Shown here in pieces: positions 57,307 through 62,264 of a stretch of 62,264 bases of DNA (its first letter is position 1; every line of letters starts with the position of its first letter). The stretch lies in IMG/VR virus record IMGVR_UViG_3300050011_000078, positions 1 to 62,264 of that record. One strand, 5' to 3'. Made by a program: the position numbers and the translations under genes. The notes under the pieces are model-generated. The model did not search any database, was not told the DNA's origin, and saw only the letters and a program-made list of their open reading frames with translations. The stretch is from a virus (Duplodnaviria > Caudoviricetes).

Positions 57307-57738
57307 TCACGCTTTCTTGGCTGGCTTCACGTCCTTAAACATCGGCCGGCGCGGCGGCAGGCTATCCAGCTTCGAGGGGCGCCGGGCGCGGTCGATCGCC
57401 TTTTGCGTCTTGGCGAAGTCGGCGCCTTTAAGCTCGGCCTTGGGGCGCGTGGCTCCGACGTGGGCTGCTTCCAAGCGCTTCGCACGCGCGATTGCGCTTG
57501 TATCGCCTGGCGTCTTGTCAGCATGGCACAATCGGCAGATGGCGCGGCAGTTCGAAAACGTCGCCTTCCCACCTAGGCCGTCCGCAATCTCATGATCGAA
57601 ATGCACACGGCCCTTGACGAGAGTGGCGTTGCAACGTGTCTTCGTGCCGTCCTCGCGGGTTACGTCGGCTTCGCATTTGAATTCTGCGAAATTCAGGCGC
57701 TTGACGCGGACGGCGGCCGAGAACTCTGTGCGGCTCAT
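57307..57738 (-). CDS. HNH endonuclease-like protein
   Basis: CE..C..FDH....GLGG..T..NC..IC..CH..KT. Confidence 0.8.
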   Translation of the reverse strand: MSRTEFSAAVRVKRLNFAEFKCEADVTREDGTKTRCNATLVKGRVHFDHEIADGLGGKATFSNCRAICRLCHADKTPGDTSAIARAKRLEAAHVGATRPKAELKGADFAKTQKAIDRARRPSKLDSLPPRRPMFKDVKPAKKA

Positions 57739-58106
57739 GCGCGTGCCGCCTTGTTGTGCTTATCCCGCAACACAAATCTGCGAAGCAATCCGAACCAAAG
57801 GCCGCGCGCTTCGTCTGGCGCTCGCTCTCGTGCGCCTTGGACTGCATCGCGCATTTGCTCATCCATATCGCCGTGCATCCAACAAAAACACGGCGTATTG
57901 TTCTTAACCCACGTTCTCAAATCAACGCAGCGCTCACACGTATGGACCGAAGAAGCGCTCCCATCCCATATTGCGAACAGCGCTTCATATCGTTCGCCCG
58001 GCGTGATTATACCGCCGCACTCGTAACAGCGATGCAGCTTACGAGCCCGGACGATCTTCGGGCGGTAGACAGAGGGAGGATCGTAGTCACAATAGCAATC
58101 GGTCAA
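57735..58106 (-). CDS. Cys-rich hypothetical protein
   Basis: ARK.HRC.ECG..I.PGERY..TCERC. Confidence 0.7.
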   Translation of the reverse strand: MTDCYCDYDPPSVYRPKIVRARKLHRCYECGGIITPGERYEALFAIWDGSASSVHTCERCVDLRTWVKNNTPCFCWMHGDMDEQMRDAVQGARERAPDEARGLWFGLLRRFVLRDKHNKAARA

Positions 58107-58300
58107 CGCGCCCTCTTTTCGTCCGTTGCGGCGTCGTGCCAAGTGAACGCGAGCTGACCCTCAGCGGTTATTGCATCGTCGCTCAACCCGCAGCCGTCGC
58201 AGGCCGGACATTCGATGCAAAACACTTCCTTTCCGCGGCGGTCGTGGATTGGATAGAGCCCAAGCCCTTCGCAGACATTGCATTTGTCATCGTCTTTCAT
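58103..58300 (-). CDS. small DnaJ-type zinc-finger protein
   Basis: CNVCEGLG..CPACDGCG. Confidence 0.65.
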   Translation of the reverse strand: MKDDDKCNVCEGLGLYPIHDRRGKEVFCIECPACDGCGLSDDAITAEGQLAFTWHDAATDEKRAR

Positions 58301-58608
58301 GCGTGGGCCACCTTTTCGAGAAGCGCCAATCCTGGGAAAGCGCGGACGACACAGTGAATGCTTTCCTTGAAATCGCCGCGCCGCGCATTCCACTCAGCCT
58401 CCTCGACTAAGCGATCTTGCTCGGCAATCACTCGCATTTTTGCGTCATGATGGGACAAGATATTCATGCTACGATCGGTCGGCGCCTTTTTGCGCTCGCG
58501 CAACGCTTCGCGTTCGGCAATCGTGATTATGTCGCGGTACTGCAATTCGTCGATCATGTCGCGAGTTGAAAATTCGGAAATATCGACCTCGATTTTGACT
58601 GTTCTCAT
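58297..58608 (-). CDS. hypothetical protein
   Basis: VKIEVDISEFST..MIDEL..R; coupled. Confidence 0.65.
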   Translation of the reverse strand: MRTVKIEVDISEFSTRDMIDELQYRDIITIAEREALRERKKAPTDRSMNILSHHDAKMRVIAEQDRLVEEAEWNARRGDFKESIHCVVRAFPGLALLEKVAHA

Positions 58609-58925
58609 GCTGATTTTCCTGCCTCCCGCTCCAGCGCATCGGAAACCTTGCATTTGTCATCGTCTTCCATTGCTCTCACTCCGTTGGATAAAAATTCGTT
58701 GCGGGGCGTTGCGAAGCGTCGCGGCGCGAGGCGTGCGGCAATCACTCGCATTTTTGCGTCATGATGGGACAAGATATTCATGCTACGATCGGTCGGCGCC
58801 TTTTCGCGCCCGCTCAACGCTTCGCGTTCGGCAATCGTGATTATGCCGCGGTATTGCAATTCGCCGATCATGGCGCGAGTGGAAAATTCAGCAATATCGA
58901 CTTCGACTTTTATGCTCTCACTCAT
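58605..58925 (-). pseudogene. partial duplicate of 58297-58608 with chimeric C-terminus
   Basis: 58736-58909 is nearly identical to 58422-58595. Confidence 0.65.
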
Positions 58926-59174
58926 TTGATAAAAAATCGTTGCGTTGCGTAGCGTCGTAGGGGGAATGCCACGAAGGTCGATCAACCCAACTGATCTTGG
59001 CGATGCCGGGCTTTGGCCTGGGCACAGTCTCATGAGCGCTCGGGTATTGCCGGCGCAGAATGGTGGATTTCTGCACGTCTTCGTTAGATTTAACGCCTTT
59101 CTTACTCTGCATCATTTTCCATTCTCCTATATTTCACTCCGTTGGATAAAGAATGTCTCTCTTGCAAACTGGAT

Positions 59175-59436
59175 TGTAGCGAGGCGGCCCATCGACCGTC
59201 CGGGTTGCACCAAATTCACGGAGCCGTCTCGCTACAAACTGGATCGGGAGTGATGGCCCACCAAGACCGCGGCGTGCATTTTCCCCTTGGAGCCATCACT
59301 CCCAAACTGGTGGATTGGAGGGGGACGGGCCAAGCGCCGGCTGGACTGTCACCTTAGGGTCGGACCAGTCCCTCTCCAAACTTGTGGCGGCGCCCAATTC
59401 CAGCGCGGGGTTCATGCTGCATTTGGAGCGCCGCCA
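59175..59436 (-). ncRNA. TIGR-like stem-loop guide array, 4 units (59385-59436, 59316-59378, 59246-59303, 59175-59236)
   Basis: Each unit: stem-CC[A/G]-9nt-TG..CC[A/G]-9nt-TG-stem; ATCCAGTT-type linkers. Confidence 0.85.
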
Positions 59437-60318
59437 TTCGGACCAAAGGTCCGAAACCAAAGCCTTCGTCATAATCCGCAGCGCGTCCATGCGCGCGTGT
59501 GCGGGTTTCCAATCTGGGTGCGCGATGGCCGTCGCTTGCCTGCGGGCAATGTAGACATCGCCATAAGGCCCTTTCGGTCCTCCGTATTCGGTCCCAGACT
59601 TTTCCTTGCTCGTGAGCTGATGCTTGGACATGGGATCGGCGATGCAAGCGTGAATTTCAGCGCGTCGGGGCGGCTTGTATCCCGCGTCTGTCCATTCTTC
59701 CGCGGTTAGTCCGCCATTCATGCGCCATGTGGAATAGGCTTTGCCCTCATAGGGAGCAAGGCCGAGCCGTTTCCAAAGCATCTTGTGGTGAGGGTAGTTC
59801 GATAGGTTCCCTGATTCCGCGATAAGGACGGCGAGGCCGAGTGGTCCGAAACCCGCAACGCCGTCCGCCCATTCCGCTACCGGGAGAGAGCGCGTGAGCT
59901 TTTTCATTTCGCGTTCGATTTCCTCACGACGAATTTCGATGGGCGCGATAGACTTTCGAAAAACAGCCATATCGAGATCTATTGCCAGAGCGATTTCTGC
60001 ATCTTCTTCTTTAACCGGTTTTCCCTTTAGCAGAGCGGCCACAATGCTTTTAGCGCGCTTCTTTATCTCATCCCGGTCTTGCTCGCTCGCATCCGCAGCG
60101 AATCCGCAAATGCGTCGAGCATACGCGCCGGCCGCATTCGTGAGCTTGTTAGCGGCGTTGATATAAAGCTTCCGGCGCCGGCCGTGCAACATCATCGTCT
60201 CGCATACGGCTTGCAGATTGGAGGCCTCGACCGTGGAGACAGCTCCATTTTGGATTGCATCGATCAATTGGTCAGAACGGTCGAGGCTTTGGGTGGAACT
60301 TTGCATATCATGCGTCAT
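59296..60318 (-). CDS. nuclease-less IS110/Nop-domain protein (TasA-like RNA-guided DNA-binding protein)
   Basis: Coiled coil, then V.GFGPLGLAVLIAESG.L.NY.....LWKRLGLAP..Y..Y..RR..HA..DA.R.M.K.L..DLW..W; no DEDD/RuvC N-terminus; adjacent guide-like array. Confidence 0.8.
   Translation of the reverse strand: MTHDMQSSTQSLDRSDQLIDAIQNGAVSTVEASNLQAVCETMMLHGRRRKLYINAANKLTNAAGAYARRICGFAADASEQDRDEIKKRAKSIVAALLKGKPVKEEDAEIALAIDLDMAVFRKSIAPIEIRREEIEREMKKLTRSLPVAEWADGVAGFGPLGLAVLIAESGNLSNYPHHKMLWKRLGLAPYEGKAYSTWRMNGGLTAEEWTDAGYKPPRRAEIHACIADPMSKHQLTSKEKSGTEYGGPKGPYGDVYIARRQATAIAHPDWKPAHARMDALRIMTKALVSDLWSEWRRSKCSMNPALELGAATSLERDWSDPKVTVQPALGPSPSNPPVWE
60224..60287 (-). ncRNA. TIGR-like stem-loop unit inside the 5' end of the Tas-like CDS
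   Basis: GCCTCGACCGT..CCA-ATTGATCGA-TGCAATCCA-AAATGGAGC-TG..ACGGTCGAGGC. Confidence 0.75.
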
Positions 60319-61036
60319 TGGCGATCCTCTCGGCTTTCTGAGCCATGCGTTGAAATTTCTTTGGGCTGATGCAGTCGCCGACGCGCGCGTCCGGATAGCT
60401 CGGGACAACACGCTTGAGCTGTTTCAGAACCGCCCCCTCATAGGCGCCTTCCCTGACCCGGAGAATTGACGAGGCAACCTTGCTATCGTTTTCCTTGATC
60501 AGGAGAGGCAGCGCGGAACATTTGATATCTGCCCACCGGGTGCCGTTGCGCATCTTCACTCTGTCGAAGACGCTCGGCCCGGACATGGCCTGCGCGTTCC
60601 TGACTATTGTCAGGAATGATTTTGGGGAAGAGGAGAGGCCGTCTGGATTGGAAGGGGATGGCCCATTTCCGAAGCGGCTTTCCAAGGGATCGTCGGCGCC
60701 GTCCCCTTCCAAATTTTCGGCGCGGGCAAAGAAACCATGGTTTTCACCCACTGACTGGCCCGCGCCGCCGGGCTCGCCCGGAACTGCTATCACCAGCCTG
60801 TGCGGCATCTCGCGCCAGACCAACATGAGATAATCAACCGCCGCCGCATGGATCGCGTCTGCTTTCAGATTGAGCAGCGCAATCAGCATCCCAGAACTAG
60901 CGAAGGTATTCATGAATTGCGGCATTGCGTTCTCGACGCTGCCGTTTCGGCTCAGCGCATTGTATGCTGCCGCGTAAAGGCGCGATCGGTCGGCTAGCGA
61001 GCCTTCCGACGATAGTTTTTCTGCGATCATTCTCAT
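60308..61036 (-). CDS. unknown partner protein coupled to the Tas-like gene
   Basis: ATGA-coupled start; stop overlaps the Tas-like start; low-complexity linker encoded by two guide-like units. Confidence 0.7.
   Translation of the reverse strand: MRMIAEKLSSEGSLADRSRLYAAAYNALSRNGSVENAMPQFMNTFASSGMLIALLNLKADAIHAAAVDYLMLVWREMPHRLVIAVPGEPGGAGQSVGENHGFFARAENLEGDGADDPLESRFGNGPSPSNPDGLSSSPKSFLTIVRNAQAMSGPSVFDRVKMRNGTRWADIKCSALPLLIKENDSKVASSILRVREGAYEGAVLKQLKRVVPSYPDARVGDCISPKKFQRMAQKAERIANDA
60648..60767 (-). ncRNA. two TIGR-like stem-loop units inside the partner CDS (60718-60767, 60648-60712)
   Basis: CCA-GTCAGTGGG-TGAAAACCA-TGGTTTCTT-TG and CCG-ACGATCCCT-TGGAAAGCCG-CTTCGGAAA-TG, each closed by a stem. 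Confidence 0.8.
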
Positions 61037-61548
61037 GCGGCCTCCATGGCGTTCTTTTCGAGTTGGGCAGGCGTAACGTCGATAAGGCCGGCGACATAAG
61101 CGAGAACAGACTCTTTCGATTTGGCGAAGTCCTCTTTGCCCATGGCCCGGTATTTCTGGGACTTGGCCGTGAAGACCCGAACGACGCTTTCGCTCGCCGT
61201 CACAAGCGCGAAATCGTCCATCGGCTTGATAAAGGCGGCGACTCGCATTGCCTCCGCCTTCGACGCGCAGACGATCGACCGTTCGTCGCAAAATCCTTCC
61301 TTGATGAGTGCATACTTTCTGAGGTGCTCGACGGACGGGAACCGCTCGACAAGGTCATCGGGGAAGTTCTTCCAGGCGTCTGTGAGGCAAGCAAAATAAT
61401 GCGAATGGCTTACGGCGGATCTTTCTTCGAGCACGTCCAGCACATAGCGCTGCCCGATCACGAACTGCGCCGCGCAATAGTTGTGGAACCGCTTTAGAGG
61501 CTCGAATTCAGAGCCGTTCCAGACTCCAAAGATTGGTCCGGCCGCCAT
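61033..61548 (-). CDS. NinB/Orf-like recombination-region protein
   Basis: ERS..SH.HYFA.L..AW.N.P..EHLRK.ALI..G..SQ....MG..DF..SK. Confidence 0.6.
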   Translation of the reverse strand: MAAGPIFGVWNGSEFEPLKRFHNYCAAQFVIGQRYVLDVLEERSAVSHSHYFACLTDAWKNFPDDLVERFPSVEHLRKYALIKEGFCDERSIVCASKAEAMRVAAFIKPMDDFALVTASESVVRVFTAKSQKYRAMGKEDFAKSKESVLAYVAGLIDVTPAQLEKNAMEAA

Positions 61549-61550
61549 AG

Positions 61551-61736
61551 TCAACCCTCGTCCATTTCGAGCTGTTCGGGCTCGTATTCGATCGTGCCGC
61601 CGCCGCCGCAATACGGGCAACGCTCGTTTGTATCGTTCGCATAATCAGCGTCGTCTTCGACATAGACGTGCCACCAGCCGGTGCCCTTGCAGGCCTCGCA
61701 GCACATGAAGGCGATCGGCGGCTCGCAAAGCATCAC
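61551..61736 (-). CDS. small zinc-finger protein
   Basis: CEACKGTG..CPYCGGGG. Confidence 0.6.
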   Translation of the reverse strand: MMLCEPPIAFMCCEACKGTGWWHVYVEDDADYANDTNERCPYCGGGGTIEYEPEQLEMDEG

Positions 61737-61909
61737 GCTGCCCTCGTTGGCGGCGCGGCGCGAAGTAACTCGACGCTGGCGCGCAGTTGCGACATAAGCG
61801 TATCGCGCGGCGGCGTGGAGCCATACTTCGCGGTCAGATCAGCGACAGTTTCCTCCAGCTCCGTTAGAAACTGGCGCACTTCCCTTTCGCACTCGATTAT
61901 CTCAGTCAT
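61733..61909 (-). pseudogene. probable C-terminal fragment of a YqaJ/lambda-exonuclease gene
   Basis: I.ECEREVRQFL.ELEETVADL resembles the terminal helix of YqaJ-type exonucleases. Confidence 0.45.
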
Positions 61910-62264
61910 TGGCCCAAGCCCTCAAAGCTTCCTCAAGCTCGGCGACGCGCCTAGCAAATTCAACAAGTGCTTCGAGATAAAAGACGCCGCCCGGCAATTG
62001 ATGCTCTCCTTCGGCGTCGGCTTCATAAAGGACAGCCACGCCGTTCGACGGGATTTCTAGTCTGAATGGACCCGCGGACACTGAGGTCACACCATCTCGG
62101 GGGGCATATTCATCGCCGGGAAACACGTCGTTCAAGCCGCCGGCGATCAGCTTCTCGGCGGCGTCGACGGGGATAAGCCGGCGTCCGCCAACCACGACGC
62201 TCGGCAATTTGCCGTCGCGCATGAGCTGATAGGCATTCGAGCGACTAATCCCGTAGGACTGACA
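61902..62264 (-). CDS. excisionase-type HTH_17 protein with C-terminal extension (5' end outside the window)
   Basis: CQSYGISRSNAYQLMRDGKLPSVVVGGRRLIP. Confidence 0.65.
   Translation of the reverse strand, partial: CQSYGISRSNAYQLMRDGKLPSVVVGGRRLIPVDAAEKLIAGGLNDVFPGDEYAPRDGVTSVSAGPFRLEIPSNGVAVLYEADAEGEHQLPGGVFYLEALVEFARRVAELEEALRAWAND

Noticed and set aside
59000-59050. Eighth guide unit
   Set aside because: The hairpin forms better on the plus strand and lacks the CC[A/G]-9-TG spacing.
59175-59436. CRISPR array or a run of terminators
   Set aside because: No identical direct repeats or cas genes; the loops are about 32 nt with fixed internal motifs and there are no consistent U-tracts.
59296-60318. 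IS110 transposase / insertion sequence
   Set aside because: No N-terminal DEDD RuvC domain or recognisable catalytic serine motif; the gene is coupled within a phage operon and accompanied by multiple dual-spacer units.

Overview
The window covers nearly a whole temperate-type contractile-tailed phage (myovirus) genome. A GapR/DUF2312 homolog points to an alphaproteobacterial host. Gene order: cI/cro switch with ACAAC-N5-GTTGT operators; early-right operon (ParB with a truncated MT-A70, GapR, an ExbB/ExbD-like membrane module, VRR-NUC, SNF2 helicase, two DNA methyltransferases, DUF1376 initiator with iterons); a degenerate tRNA-Thr; terminase, portal and head genes; neck, sheath, tube, a frameshifted tail chaperone, tape measure, baseplate and fibres; lysis; a nucleotide-metabolism cluster; then the leftward early operon. 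Main discovery, at about 59.2-61.0 kb on the minus strand: a nuclease-less IS110/Nop-domain-like protein plus a coupled unknown partner gene, with seven stem-loop units of the form stem-CC[A/G]-9nt-TG..CC[A/G]-9nt-TG-stem. This matches TIGR-Tas-type dual-spacer guide RNAs, and five of the units lie wholly inside coding sequence. Other highlights: a ~600-nt structured non-coding region with an exact 163-bp duplication, a six-copy leader motif before structural genes, a homing-endonuclease remnant that duplicated the capsid C-terminus, a retroviral-type double zinc-knuckle protein, and several internally deleted endonucleases. No integrase is visible. All family assignments come from motif recognition by eye; no database searches were run.
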